Shown: piece after piece, positions 1 to 9,401 of the stretch
Numbering within the stretch: position 1 is the first letter of the stretch
How the letters are laid out: each line of letters begins with the position of its first letter
IMG/VR virus record: IMGVR_UViG_3300032272_000009
Coordinates: 1 to 64,000 of that record
Reading direction: 5' to 3' (one strand)
Source of the DNA: a virus
Taxonomy: Duplodnaviria > Caudoviricetes
Length of the DNA stretch: 64,000 nucleotides
Notes under the pieces: generated by a model
The model's input: only the letters and a program-made list of their open reading frames with translations
The model's database searches: none
What the model was told of the DNA's origin: nothing
Program-made: the position numbers and the translations under genes

Positions 1-981
1 CATCTTTATAGGGTTGTCGCTGTATAACACTTTGTTAACAACACAGCTATTTAATTTGGAAGCACTAAGACCAAATCGCTCATTGTTCTTTGTTACATAA
101 GAGTCACGGACTGAAGTTGCCAATCCTGATCTTTTATCCTTTGCATTATCTATAAGCTGTTTGCAGCGCTCATCTTCTTCCATAGTGAGGTCGGTAATCA
201 CCCTAGTATTTAGGGCTGGTGAGTCCTCATTAAACACGTCATACTGTACAGTCTGATATGCTGGGTACATACAGTCGGCTTTTAGGAAGATTTCTCTTTC
301 TGGACTGTTCACCACTTTGTCAATTACTGTGCGGTCATGCATACCACCAGTTTTATCTATAAAGACATAGCCATGTTTAGCAAGCCAGAACCTTTTATAG
401 AACAAGCCCATTATGCGCTCAATATCTAAGGTGTCTTTTATATGAACAAAAATGTGTTGTCCTTGTATACCACGATACTTCTCCATGCTTACCGTATTCT
501 CTATACAGCTAGAAGACGAAGTCTTCCACATGTGAGGTGCATCTTTTATTTCTGGTAGGACTTCATATACAAGGTTAAGAAATTCGTCTTTGGTTAGAGG
601 TTCACCATCATTCTGAGTGTAGTCTGAAGATGGGTCGTAATCCAATAGGATAAAACCATCACCACCTCTATAGTCAAAATAATCTTTGGAGCGGGCGACC
701 ATAGGGGTCTTGGTATCTTCATTAGCGCGTTTGTTGATTTCACCCTTGGTAATGATCAAGCCTTTATTATAGACAGTAGTGCCGGGGATTAGGATAGTGC
801 GGTCATCACAAGCGTCACTAACCATAAAGTTATGTAATGCTTCTATGTTTAATTCATCTTGAGTAAAGAACTCAGCGAGTGTTAAATTACCACCATCATT
901 TTTTACTAGCTCCCCACTTTCTTCATCTACGCTAAATCTCTTACTAATTGGATTCTTTGATTTGGCTATCGTAAACTTCAT
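1..981 (-). CDS. AEP-superfamily primase-polymerase, N-terminal part (runs off window edge)
   Basis: Not in the ORF track. Hand translation from ATG at 981 is open to base 1: MKFTIAKSKNPISKRFSVDEESG...GFILLDYDPSS (DxD motif)...GIQGQHIFVHIKD (His motif). Confidence 0.65.
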   Translation of the reverse strand, partial: MKFTIAKSKNPISKRFSVDEESGELVKNDGGNLTLAEFFTQDELNIEALHNFMVSDACDDRTILIPGTTVYNKGLIITKGEINKRANEDTKTPMVARSKDYFDYRGGDGFILLDYDPSSDYTQNDGEPLTKDEFLNLVYEVLPEIKDAPHMWKTSSSSCIENTVSMEKYRGIQGQHIFVHIKDTLDIERIMGLFYKRFWLAKHGYVFIDKTGGMHDRTVIDKVVNSPEREIFLKADCMYPAYQTVQYDVFNEDSPALNTRVITDLTMEEDERCKQLIDNAKDKRSGLATSVRDSYVTKNNERFGLSASKLNSCVVNKVLYSDNPIKM

Positions 982-1046
982 TAATGTTCCCTAGCGTTCT
1001 TATTATAGTGACTAATGATTAAACAGTTGGAGCCTGTAAAGTCACA

Positions 1047-1280
1047 TTATATTTTTGTTACTTGTATTTGCATGTTGTGGGTTAGTTGTATTGCATCGAC
1101 TAAAGATAGATCAACATAATCAACCTTTCCTACTTCTCTATACTTGACGATATATTTACCATTGTGAAAATCCATGTTGGCAAGAATAACGCAATCTGAG
1201 AAACTTAGCAGATATTTTTCTTGTATGTTGCGCTTATGATTGTTTAGAAATACTGTGATTAAATTTAGTCTTGATAGCAT
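1047..1280 (-). CDS. hypothetical protein
   Basis: ORF track; co-oriented with arm and downstream of the promoter at 1342-1370. Confidence 0.5.
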   Translation of the reverse strand: MLSRLNLITVFLNNHKRNIQEKYLLSFSDCVILANMDFHNGKYIVKYREVGKVDYVDLSLVDAIQLTHNMQIQVTKI

Positions 1281-1341
1281 GCGGTCTCACCTATTCTTAT
1301 AAAAACAGTAATTTGGACAGATTGCAGGGGCAATTGTATGG

Positions 1342-1370
1342 AGTATATCACAGGAATCTAGTTGTGACAA
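1342..1370 (-). promoter_or_regulatory. sigma70-type promoter for the primase unit
   Basis: Minus strand reads TTGTCA-17 nt-TATACT. Confidence 0.6.
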
Positions 1371-1395
1371 AAGCAGTTTTAACGGCTGGTTTTAG

Positions 1396-1431
1396 AAAAA
1401 GCCATGACAAATAAATCATCATGGCTTTTTT
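1396..1431. terminator. bidirectional intrinsic terminator
   Basis: AAAAA-GCCATGA-loop-TCATGGC-TTTTTT. Confidence 0.75.
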
Positions 1432-1457
1432 AAGAAACAACTATTACCTTTCAGGCT

Positions 1458-1919
1458 TTACCGTCGGACAGGCATGATGAGATTGGCAAGAATCACAGTA
1501 CCACCGTCACCCCAATCTTTTGGCTGTTTGGTATAATTGGGTTTTTTAGCCAAGGCATCAGGTTTGACAATAGCGACATCAGAGTAGCTTGTAATTTTAC
1601 TAAATGTGCCACTGGGTTCCAGTCGCATGCCATACACAGGAAGGATACCGGAAATGACCATGTCATGTTGATACAGCAAATGACCAATACTGGCAGAGAC
1701 AGCACCTGTATCATTTTCACCAAATGTACCCGGAACACTTGCCATAAGCAAATTACCAGAACCAGCGTCAACAGAAAGACTGGCAGTTGAATGAGCATCT
1801 ACTTCTGAATGACAGCCCATACATCGACTGTCCTGACTGGAATCTGCATGTGCCGGCATAGCAATAAATGACATTGCAATAACAAGTATCATACCAAATT
1901 GAAACTTTTGAATTTTCAT
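1458..1919 (-). CDS. secreted protein with CxxCH heme-c-type motif
   Basis: Signal peptide ending AHA|D, followed directly by CMGCH. Confidence 0.6.
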   Translation of the reverse strand: MKIQKFQFGMILVIAMSFIAMPAHADSSQDSRCMGCHSEVDAHSTASLSVDAGSGNLLMASVPGTFGENDTGAVSASIGHLLYQHDMVISGILPVYGMRLEPSGTFSKITSYSDVAIVKPDALAKKPNYTKQPKDWGDGGTVILANLIMPVRR

Positions 1920-2012
1920 TTCTTCTTTTTCCCTAGTTATTGGTTAGTTGGAGATTATACAATAACATATCAAATCAAGAATATCAAGACTGTTTTTCCG
2001 GCTATATGAATC

Positions 2013-2285
2013 TTAACCAATAGCTAATATTTTAAACGGTGGATGTTTTATCTCGCCCTTATCCGTATAGCTTGGGATAACTTTATAAACAGGACATTCG
2101 AATATAGTACAGTCCATGCTAAACTCAAGTTGCGCAATGCTCAGTCTACCTTTTAATTCAGCCTTGCAAATAGAGTAATACTCATAGTCCATGTATATGG
2201 CGAGATTAGGCTCATCACCTTTTACAATCATATCACTCTTTTTATGGAACAATGCATTAATAACTTTATCTATTTCCATAACCAT
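2013..2285 (-). CDS. hypothetical protein
   Basis: ORF track; co-oriented with left arm. Confidence 0.6.
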   Translation of the reverse strand: MVMEIDKVINALFHKKSDMIVKGDEPNLAIYMDYEYYSICKAELKGRLSIAQLEFSMDCTIFECPVYKVIPSYTDKGEIKHPPFKILAIG

Positions 2286-2574
2286 GTCGCCACAAATGAA
2301 TTGTCACAAATTGCAAAATATGAAATCAGTATAAAAATAAGAACTATCCAACAGAATAAACCCAAAGCTGAATCAAAAGCATTTGCTTCTCGCTCTGCCC
2401 TGCTAGTTATATTGCGTTTTATTGTCATATTTTATTCCTTATATCGAACTACTAATTTAGTAGTAATTAGTAGCAAATTAGTATTTGGTTTAATTTAATA
2501 ATTATTATAGATAGTGCCAATATCGCTCATCAGTCTTATTCATCTTTCTGAATTTGTCATAACTAATCCTAATA

Positions 2575-2814
2575 TCAAGAAAGTAATTTTTGGACATATG
2601 ATCTTCGTTTTTGTTTATTGCGCTGTCTAATAGATTGTATGTTTTTAACAAGCATTAGAACATTGCTAGAAAACAAAACAAGATATAATAACTCTAGTTT
2701 TTTCCAAGTGCGAAACACATCATACCATCTCCAATTTTTTGGAACAACTGGCATTGGATCATATGCAATTGGTTCATCGCAATACACATACTTAAATTCA
2801 TATATATACATCAA
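2575..2814 (-). CDS. hypothetical protein
   Basis: ORF track; co-oriented with left arm. Confidence 0.45.
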   Translation of the reverse strand: MMYIYEFKYVYCDEPIAYDPMPVVPKNWRWYDVFRTWKKLELLYLVLFSSNVLMLVKNIQSIRQRNKQKRRSYVQKLLS

Positions 2815-2835
2815 ATTTAATTTCCTAGTTTAATA

Positions 2836-3102
2836 TTATAAATCGTATTTAGCTGTTTCAGCTCTTGTAACATAGACTATTCTTGTTGTGTTAGGTATTT
2901 TTATTGATAATACACCTTTGTTTTTTCCTGATTTTGCCAAGCGAAACTCTGCCCCAGTAACTTTCATTGTGTCAGAGTTTTTAGGATCGCCAACAATTCC
3001 AGCATCATACAATCTGAAATTGATAGGGGTTTCGCCCATCTTTTCTAAAGCAACTTTTCCAAAAGGAAATGACGCAAAACTATCAACACTCATATCAGTC
3101 AT
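2836..3102 (-). CDS. hypothetical protein
   Basis: ORF track; globular-looking composition, co-oriented. Confidence 0.65.
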   Translation of the reverse strand: MTDMSVDSFASFPFGKVALEKMGETPINFRLYDAGIVGDPKNSDTMKVTGAEFRLAKSGKNKGVLSIKIPNTTRIVYVTRAETAKYDL

Positions 3103-3182
3103 TTTATCACCATGTTTTTATTATTTCGAAATTCTCAAGATCAGTGTACTAATCTTTCTTATGCGTTATAACCATGCTTTAA

Positions 3183-3371
3183 TCATCTGTTAGTATCTAT
3201 TATATAATAACTAACCAAGCTTAGGCGACAATCCAATTGCATTGAGAATTTACCTAAATGGAAATAGATTAACTTTCCTGACTTGAAGCGATTGATCCCA
3301 TAATACTTCCAGCTATCCCAAGGGGAGTAATGAAAACTTACATTTCCATTCAAATACCGTCTGATATTCAT
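3183..3371 (-). CDS. hypothetical protein
   Basis: ATGA overlap with the upstream gene. Confidence 0.55.
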   Translation of the reverse strand: MNIRRYLNGNVSFHYSPWDSWKYYGINRFKSGKLIYFHLGKFSMQLDCRLSLVSYYIIDTNR

Positions 3372-3778
3372 TTGTTAATCTCAACTCTAAAATGAATTGC
3401 AATTCCGGGTTTGGTATCAGAAACAGGCATCAGCCCAATGATTTTAAAATTGTTATAAACAAGTGTTGGGGCTGCAACCACAGCAATCTTGTATCTATAA
3501 CCAGTTACTGCCGCAGTAACAAAGCCAATTTTAATATTCTTTATTTTGAAAGGTAGTGCCTCAACCATAGTGTAGGTAGATATATCTCTAAAACTGTTTT
3601 GGTATAACCCTACGCCTACTGTAATGAATTCAGTTCGCTCTGTTTCATATCCTAACCCAAGATTAAAACTATTATAAGAGCCACCAAAATGTTTCGATAC
3701 GCCTCCTAAGTTTACCCAGTCTTTTGCAACTACTGTAGAAGGTATCAGCAATAACGACAGTAAGAATAATTTTATCAT
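3368..3778 (-). CDS. secreted PagP-like outer-membrane beta-barrel protein
   Basis: Signal peptide VVA|K; GGVSKHF..YNSFNLGLGYE...GLYQNSF pattern; alternating beta-strand sequence. Confidence 0.5.
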   Translation of the reverse strand: MIKLFLLSLLLIPSTVVAKDWVNLGGVSKHFGGSYNSFNLGLGYETERTEFITVGVGLYQNSFRDISTYTMVEALPFKIKNIKIGFVTAAVTGYRYKIAVVAAPTLVYNNFKIIGLMPVSDTKPGIAIHFRVEINK

Positions 3779-3969
3779 TTTACTTCGAATTCTTTAGCTT
3801 CATAAAGCAAACAATTGGTATGCTCTTTGACGTCAATGACACCTTCAATATGTTTACGCCAGTATCTATCACCTTTTGGAATCTTCCTGCCGCATTCCTC
3901 GCAGATATAACCATTTCGAGCAGTTTGTATAGTTGGATTAGACATTATTATCCTTTTTAACTCTTTCAA
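3775..3969 (-). CDS. small Zn-ribbon protein
   Basis: CEECGRKIPKG...EHTNC; coupled overlaps on both sides. Confidence 0.6.
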   Translation of the reverse strand: MKELKRIIMSNPTIQTARNGYICEECGRKIPKGDRYWRKHIEGVIDVKEHTNCLLYEAKEFEVK

Positions 3970-4502
3970 GTGTTCTTACTTGCTACAAAAGCTCGCATTG
4001 CTGCGATTAATGGGGCTGAGCCGTAAGTAAAAAACTTTCCATCTACAGTCGCCATCCAATGGAAATTTGGATCAACATTTTCATCAGGGGTAGTGACTTT
4101 GCCAATATGTCTAATGTTGATGCAGTGCTCTTTAATAATCGCCATACCTTGTGAACCGTTGGTGGATGGTGAGTAATGGTACGGTTCGTCTATGCCAGGA
4201 GGTTCTTCTATAAAACATTTACCTTCTTTGACATAAATGTGATGATCTGAGTAGGCTTCAGGTTTATTCTTTTGAACAACCTTAGCCACAGTCAAATCAA
4301 GATCGGCACCTTCTAGTTTTGATACATCGACCGGAGGCTTCCGAAATTCAACTAATGGACAAAGAGCAGAGGTGCAGTTTCCTTCAAATTCGGATACATT
4401 GTCACTATGTTTACAATGATTTATTGCGACTTTACCATTTCTGTCACACTGGTAACTATAGTGTTCACAGATTTTGTTTAATACTGGACATTTTTCAGTC
4501 AT
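3966..4502 (-). CDS. NinX/DUF2591-like protein with Cys-rich N-terminal extension
   Basis: LDLTVAKV...YSPSTNGSQGMAIIKEHCI...PLIAAMRAFVASK matches the NinX-like pattern. Confidence 0.65.
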   Translation of the reverse strand: MTEKCPVLNKICEHYSYQCDRNGKVAINHCKHSDNVSEFEGNCTSALCPLVEFRKPPVDVSKLEGADLDLTVAKVVQKNKPEAYSDHHIYVKEGKCFIEEPPGIDEPYHYSPSTNGSQGMAIIKEHCINIRHIGKVTTPDENVDPNFHWMATVDGKFFTYGSAPLIAAMRAFVASKNT

Positions 4503-4909
4503 TACCCAATCACCTCAACTTTCGACTCTAAAGACCATTCTTCATCAACAAAACAGCATATTGATTGATGATGCCGGTTTACTGTTGACCCGTTCCATTG
4601 GGCAACCAGACCATTCCCGTACATCTCAATAGCAACCCAGACATCATTTCCATCTCTGTACTTGAATCTTGCACCAATAGGTAAATCTTTGAACGGCATG
4701 AAAATAGGATTATCTTCTTTGTTCACAACAGATTGTTTTACAGAGAAAGTTACTTCAACAGAATCATTATTCCAATTAGCAGGAAACAACGGGTCTTCTG
4801 GATGAAACCCACCGCCCCATGAAGATATGGCTTCTTTTATATACTGACCGATCTTTATATCAAGAACACCTTCTGGTACATCAAGATTTATTATGAATTG
4901 GCGTTCCAT
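4502..4909 (-). CDS. hypothetical protein
   Basis: ORF track; coupled to next gene. Confidence 0.65.
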   Translation of the reverse strand: MERQFIINLDVPEGVLDIKIGQYIKEAISSWGGGFHPEDPLFPANWNNDSVEVTFSVKQSVVNKEDNPIFMPFKDLPIGARFKYRDGNDVWVAIEMYGNGLVAQWNGSTVNRHHQSICCFVDEEWSLESKVEVIG

Positions 4910-5285
4910 TATTTTGCCCCAATAACTTTGCGTTTGTTTATTTCTGTTTTTATCAACTTTATAAAGTATTCTGTATAACTAGACTTATTACGCATAGTAA
5001 TTAATTCATTGTCTGTTGCACAAGATATCTGAACGCTCATTTTAAAATCCTTAAAAAGTAATTCCAAGTATGGTTTAAAAAATTATGTTGAACAGCATCT
5101 TTTTTATTTAATTGAAAACTTAATTCAAAACCATGCTTACTAGGTTTGACGTCGACAACTGTTGCATTATATGTGCCTGCTGGAAGCTGTTTTTTTGTTG
5201 TTTTCATATCAATGCACCCATTTAACGTCCAACCAATTTGGTAGAAAAAGGTATCTTTTATCTTATAGTTTATTATACCATAAGC

Positions 5286-5474
5286 TTACTTATACATCCA
5301 TTCAACTACTACGATAGGAACACCATCAACAGTCTGATACTCAGGATCGACAGTATAACTGTCAACATATCTTGGACGTATTGCATCAACAATTTCACCA
5401 TTATCAAGTTTAACTTTTAATGGTATACCTGGCGTTGGGAAAAGTGAAGCCTCATTCCATTGATACTCAACCAT
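5286..5474 (-). CDS. hypothetical protein (probable start at MVEYQW)
   Basis: ORF track 5286-5561; internal ATG at 5474 minimises overlap. Confidence 0.5.
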   Translation of the reverse strand: MVEYQWNEASLFPTPGIPLKVKLDNGEIVDAIRPRYVDSYTVDPEYQTVDGVPIVVVEWMYK

Positions 5475-5658
5475 TTTTACCCCATTTTTCTTTGTATTCA
5501 GCAACAAATTCTTTCTCAAAACTAGAGCGCCATCCACAACAAAGACATTCAAACTGGCCATTTTGGAACTTAGTTCTTGGCATCGTCACACATTCTACAT
5601 TTCCGCAATATGGAGAGTAGTTTGGCCTTGTCAGTAAATTGTTCCGCACTATGCTCAT
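5467..5658 (-). CDS. small Zn-finger protein
   Basis: PYCGNVEC...FECLCCGW. Confidence 0.6.
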   Translation of the reverse strand: MSIVRNNLLTRPNYSPYCGNVECVTMPRTKFQNGQFECLCCGWRSSFEKEFVAEYKEKWGKNG

Positions 5659-5927
5659 AACGCTTTGAACACATGGAATACCAGCTCGCCATCGTGCAGT
5701 TGGTATGTACCTATATAATCACCAGTATTTTCAGTTGTGTTATGCCCTGTCCCGTGGGTGACTATCCCCTGTTCGTACTTTTCTGCATCAGGATCAAGCA
5801 TTACCCATAAATATATAGCTCCATTTTGCATCTGTACAGTCAATATCTCTGCGCCTTTGGTCAGCTCAATTGTCTGGTGGTCAGTTGTATTCAATCGGAA
5901 TTTCCAAATTGTCTTGTTAGTTCTCAT
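5655..5927 (-). CDS. conserved phage protein (DUF7352-like)
   Basis: IWKF.L...GAEILTVQMQNG..YLW..LDP...THGTGH pattern. Confidence 0.55.
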   Translation of the reverse strand: MRTNKTIWKFRLNTTDHQTIELTKGAEILTVQMQNGAIYLWVMLDPDAEKYEQGIVTHGTGHNTTENTGDYIGTYQLHDGELVFHVFKAL

Positions 5928-5928
5928 T

Positions 5929-6306
5929 TTATATCTCTATATTATTGAAAGTCGTAATTTTGATTACACCAGATTCGGGGTCTGTCCCGTTATCTTCTAT
6001 AATTTTTTTGGCAACATCCTTAAGGTCAACGCCACTAAGGTCTATCGAGACTATTCCATAAAAGAACTTGTTTATGGTATCGTTATGATAATCAAAACCT
6101 AAGAAATAACTTTTTGTATTTCGGTTGTCTGACATCATTGCTAGAATAGTTTCAACTTCCTCTCTACCACTACATGATATTGCATATCTTACAACATCAG
6201 ATATAGTATGATCATCAGTGATAACAAACTCATTAGGGCCCGGAATGTATGGTTCGCCTTCTGTTAGTTTAACAAGGTCTTTTTTAATTTCTGGCATTTT
6301 CGTCAC
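5929..6306 (-). CDS. hypothetical protein
   Basis: ORF track; tightly packed. Confidence 0.6.
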   Translation of the reverse strand: MTKMPEIKKDLVKLTEGEPYIPGPNEFVITDDHTISDVVRYAISCSGREEVETILAMMSDNRNTKSYFLGFDYHNDTINKFFYGIVSIDLSGVDLKDVAKKIIEDNGTDPESGVIKITTFNNIEI

Positions 6307-6325
6307 TCTTATAATGGTTAAAGTT

Positions 6326-6601
6326 TTATGTTTTCAAACAGCTCTTATCAGAGTCAGGTTCTTTGACGATATCTTGATTATTTTCTTGCCACTCAATAAA
6401 ATCATCAAGCTTGCCTTTTATAACCTCTATATGATTTTCGTCTTCACACATAGCAGCATAGGCAATTAGCATTCCTATGGTTTTTCTATCCTTTGCTCTG
6501 AAAATCATGATCGGTTCATCATCTGGAATTGGTTTTCCAGTTGAACGGTTTACAATCTTTCCGTCAATTGAATCATACTTTCTTTCTTGGCTTAGTTTCA
6601 T
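6326..6601 (-). CDS. conserved phage hypothetical protein
   Basis: DEPIMIFRAKD motif, recognisable from other phage proteins. Confidence 0.6.
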   Translation of the reverse strand: MKLSQERKYDSIDGKIVNRSTGKPIPDDEPIMIFRAKDRKTIGMLIAYAAMCEDENHIEVIKGKLDDFIEWQENNQDIVKEPDSDKSCLKT

Positions 6602-6615
6602 AATCTACTCCAAAG

Positions 6616-6816
6616 TTATGTGGTTGATTTTTCAAGTCTTGCAGCACCACAAGCAAGCGCAAAATATGCCTCTTCACCATATTCATTCTTTGCAAAAACT
6701 TTGTTATGTTCTACTTTGGTGATTTCAAGTTCTTCACCAAGTCTTGCAAATCCTGGCGCACCAGCACCAACTACCCTAACTTTTTCACCTACAGTAATAT
6801 TATTAAAATCGATCAT
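6616..6816 (-). CDS. hypothetical SH3-like small protein
   Basis: VGEKVRVV...ELEITKV pattern. Confidence 0.55.
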   Translation of the reverse strand: MIDFNNITVGEKVRVVGAGAPGFARLGEELEITKVEHNKVFAKNEYGEEAYFALACGAARLEKSTT

Positions 6817-6845
6817 TACCTCTTCCTTTATTTTCTTTTGTTCAC

Positions 6846-7036
6846 TTATGATAAATATTTGACTAGCTCTTCTCTAAAACGCTCCACTATCTCTGTGGCG
6901 GTTATTTCATTATTTTTGATAGCATCTTCAATAACGCCACATGGTAAATCTTCATCATCTTTCCGACCATAATAAAGAAAGATTGAAACTAAATCGCCAG
7001 CATTATCTAAAATTAATTTTTTTTGTTATCACTCAT
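6846..7036 (-). pseudogene. conserved phage small protein interrupted by a frameshift in an A8 run
   Basis: GGAG RBS then ATG AGT GAT AAC AAA AAA AAT TAA; the -1 frame continues LILDNAGDLVSIFLYYGRKDDEDLPCGVIEDAI to the stop at 6846. Confidence 0.5.
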
Positions 7037-7053
7037 TTTAAAACTCCAACAAT

Positions 7054-7272
7054 TTAAATGTAGAACAAATCCTTTTCAGCTTTACGACCTAAATCAAACA
7101 CCTGTTTGACATAACAATCACAATGGCATTCATTTATAGGTATTGTTCGGTTGATATACTGACAGTCTTCATAATGTTTGTATATTTCAGTAATCTGATA
7201 TTTGTATGGTTCAAATATCATATCTTTAAATTTATCAGTTTTGATATTATCAGCCATATGATTCCGCCTCAT
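7054..7272 (-). CDS. hypothetical protein
   Basis: ORF track. Confidence 0.5.
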   Translation of the reverse strand: MRRNHMADNIKTDKFKDMIFEPYKYQITEIYKHYEDCQYINRTIPINECHCDCYVKQVFDLGRKAEKDLFYI

Positions 7273-7275
7273 TTG

Positions 7276-7587
7276 TTATTCATCAAGAACTTCTCGTGCA
7301 TTTGAAAACCCATCTCTTGTTTCTAATGATGCTGGTTCACCGATATTGTCAACCATGAATTTCAAAGCTTCTTCTAGCTCTTGAATTCTACATGCCATTG
7401 CTGCCATGTGAATATCATCATCGGTTGCACACATTGAATTGATATGTGTGGTCATTATGTCATTAACATGATTAATTGCTTTATCAGCAAGCTTCTTCAT
7501 TGCCATCCTAAGAGCGACCTTTTTGTTTATTACGAATATTTTTAAACTTGGACATGACACACAAGTTTTCCTGTTTATACTTGTCAT
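7276..7587 (-). CDS. hypothetical protein (start probably internal)
   Basis: ORF track; ends in a RIQELEEALK coiled-coil. Confidence 0.5.
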   Translation of the reverse strand: MTSINRKTCVSCPSLKIFVINKKVALRMAMKKLADKAINHVNDIMTTHINSMCATDDDIHMAAMACRIQELEEALKFMVDNIGEPASLETRDGFSNAREVLDE

Positions 7588-7782
7588 AGTTTCTTCTTAC
7601 ATGGCGAGCTTTTTTTAATTCAGCAAGTAGCGCTTTTTCTTTTCTATTTTGCCACCATAAAATTATTGATTCAAACATACAAGCCACCCCGACTTATTAG
7701 TTGTTTATAATGTCCCTATTACTGCAAATCCCTGTATCTTGTATCTATAGATTAACAAGAAATGATGGTTAAATCAAAGATA

Positions 7783-8328
7783 TTATCCCGGTTTTATCCT
7801 ATCATCATACTTTTCTTTGTGGGTGCGGAACAACTCAGACAAGAACATGGAATTGCACATTATGTGATCTACGTGAGGAAGACCACTATATCCTTCACTA
7901 GCTTCACCGTTTTCATCCAAGTCTAGGTCTTGACCATTTTGAAACGCCATCAAATGCCTTAACATAGAATCTACGATATTACTATAAGGAAAACCTTGTT
8001 TCCAGTTTCCTCGATGATACTTCTCAGCACCAAATTCAAGAACTCTTACCATGCCTTTCATAGCGTTTGGTGCTTCTAATAGATATGATAATTCAGGTTT
8101 TCCTGCGTTATGTCTGGTTGCGTCATTGCATTCATGATTAATGATTATTGCACCCTTTACATGAAAATATGGTGGTTTTACATTTGTAATAGCTAGATCA
8201 CCGTCCTCTAATTTTGATGTGCCGTCCCAATTATCAAATATAGTTGTACATTTAAACTCTTTAATTAATGATTCTGCACGTCTAGTTTTACCTATTCCTG
8301 CTTCGCCATACAATATTATAATACTCAC
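7783..8328 (-). CDS. dATP/dGTP diphosphohydrolase domain (DUF5664) fused to a small P-loop module
   Basis: N-terminal GEAGIGKT; C-terminal [41 protein letters not shown]. Confidence 0.75.
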   Translation of the reverse strand: MSIIILYGEAGIGKTRRAESLIKEFKCTTIFDNWDGTSKLEDGDLAITNVKPPYFHVKGAIIINHECNDATRHNAGKPELSYLLEAPNAMKGMVRVLEFGAEKYHRGNWKQGFPYSNIVDSMLRHLMAFQNGQDLDLDENGEASEGYSGLPHVDHIMCNSMFLSELFRTHKEKYDDRIKPG

Positions 8329-8489
8329 ACCATATACCTCCAGTTTTATTTATTGACTAATAGCCAGAATTAGCTCTATATCGCTCTTCATTAGAAAGAG
8401 CAATAGTTTCTATATTCTCTAATCTATTATCAACAGCCTTCAGTAAATCTCTTATCTCGATGAGAGTGTTTAATAAATCTTTGAAATAT

Positions 8490-8846
8490 TTAAGCATCAT
8501 TTGCCTCCGTAATAACTCTACTGATTATGTGATTTTCTAATATCAACCCTATCCTAGCAATTATACTTGGGCACATATCATTTGTACCGGGTATCATATG
8601 ACGAGTAATAGGGCTATACACTTCTTGCAACTCATTAGCCATTGCCATAGGATCAGTGCCTGTTTGTAGAAGCATAGACGTAAGTCTAGTTACAAGCTGG
8701 ATCATCTCAAACAAGTTTTTGTCATCTATGCGCACAAATATTTCCATGACTTTACCGTCATCATCATGGTTTATTGTTGTGTAGAATGTGTGCTCTTGTG
8801 TCTCACTCTTGTAAGTTGCACCTTTGCTAATTCTTTCAATACTCAT
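8490..8846 (-). CDS. stand-alone TSCPD-like domain (class II RNR C-terminal type)
   Basis: FYTTINHDDDGKVMEIFV...VTRLTSMLLQTG...ELQEV...CPSIIARIG. Confidence 0.6.
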   Translation of the reverse strand: MSIERISKGATYKSETQEHTFYTTINHDDDGKVMEIFVRIDDKNLFEMIQLVTRLTSMLLQTGTDPMAMANELQEVYSPITRHMIPGTNDMCPSIIARIGLILENHIISRVITEANDA

Positions 8847-9188
8847 TGCTTTTTACTCTTTGCGAGATAAAATGACTTATACAGCATACATTGCTCTATA
8901 TATTTTCTTCGTTTCACTCTATATTGTTTTACCAAAACAAAAATTATAGTAAGAATAACTGTAATTAATGCATAAAACAAATAAGGGACTATATCATAAA
9001 ATTCTGGCATTTTATTACCTCTTATTTTCTGTATTTCCTGTCTTGTCTCGATTGAAAGTATTTTCGTCTGTTTTCCATTGTAGCCTCTTTTCTTTTAGCA
9101 ATTATTTTCTTTGCGGCTATAACTGCATCTTCTCTCGAGAAGCCATCTTCCATATACTCTTCGATCAAATCTTTTGAACCAAGCATAA

Positions 9189-9401
9189 TCACCTCCGTAT
9201 ATTTTTTAATTCAAATCTTTCTGTTATAATCGGTATTACAATTTCGCCATTTGCGCCAGTTGACTGGTTTTCTTCAGTGAGTATTGTAATAGTTGGTCTA
9301 TGGTTTACTTTGATATTCAAAGTCAGTTCAACGATATTGTCTGGAAGATCAATTATCTTTTTTAATTGTTCAAACAATTCTTGAGACGTATATATACTCA
9401 C
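9189..9401 (-). CDS. hypothetical protein
   Basis: ORF track; coupled overlap. Confidence 0.55.
   Translation of the reverse strand: MSIYTSQELFEQLKKIIDLPDNIVELTLNIKVNHRPTITILTEENQSTGANGEIVIPIITERFELKNIRR

Noticed and set aside
7783-8328. Z-genome (diaminopurine) pathway
   Set aside because: A DUF5664 domain alone is insufficient; no PurZ or DatZ is visible in the window.
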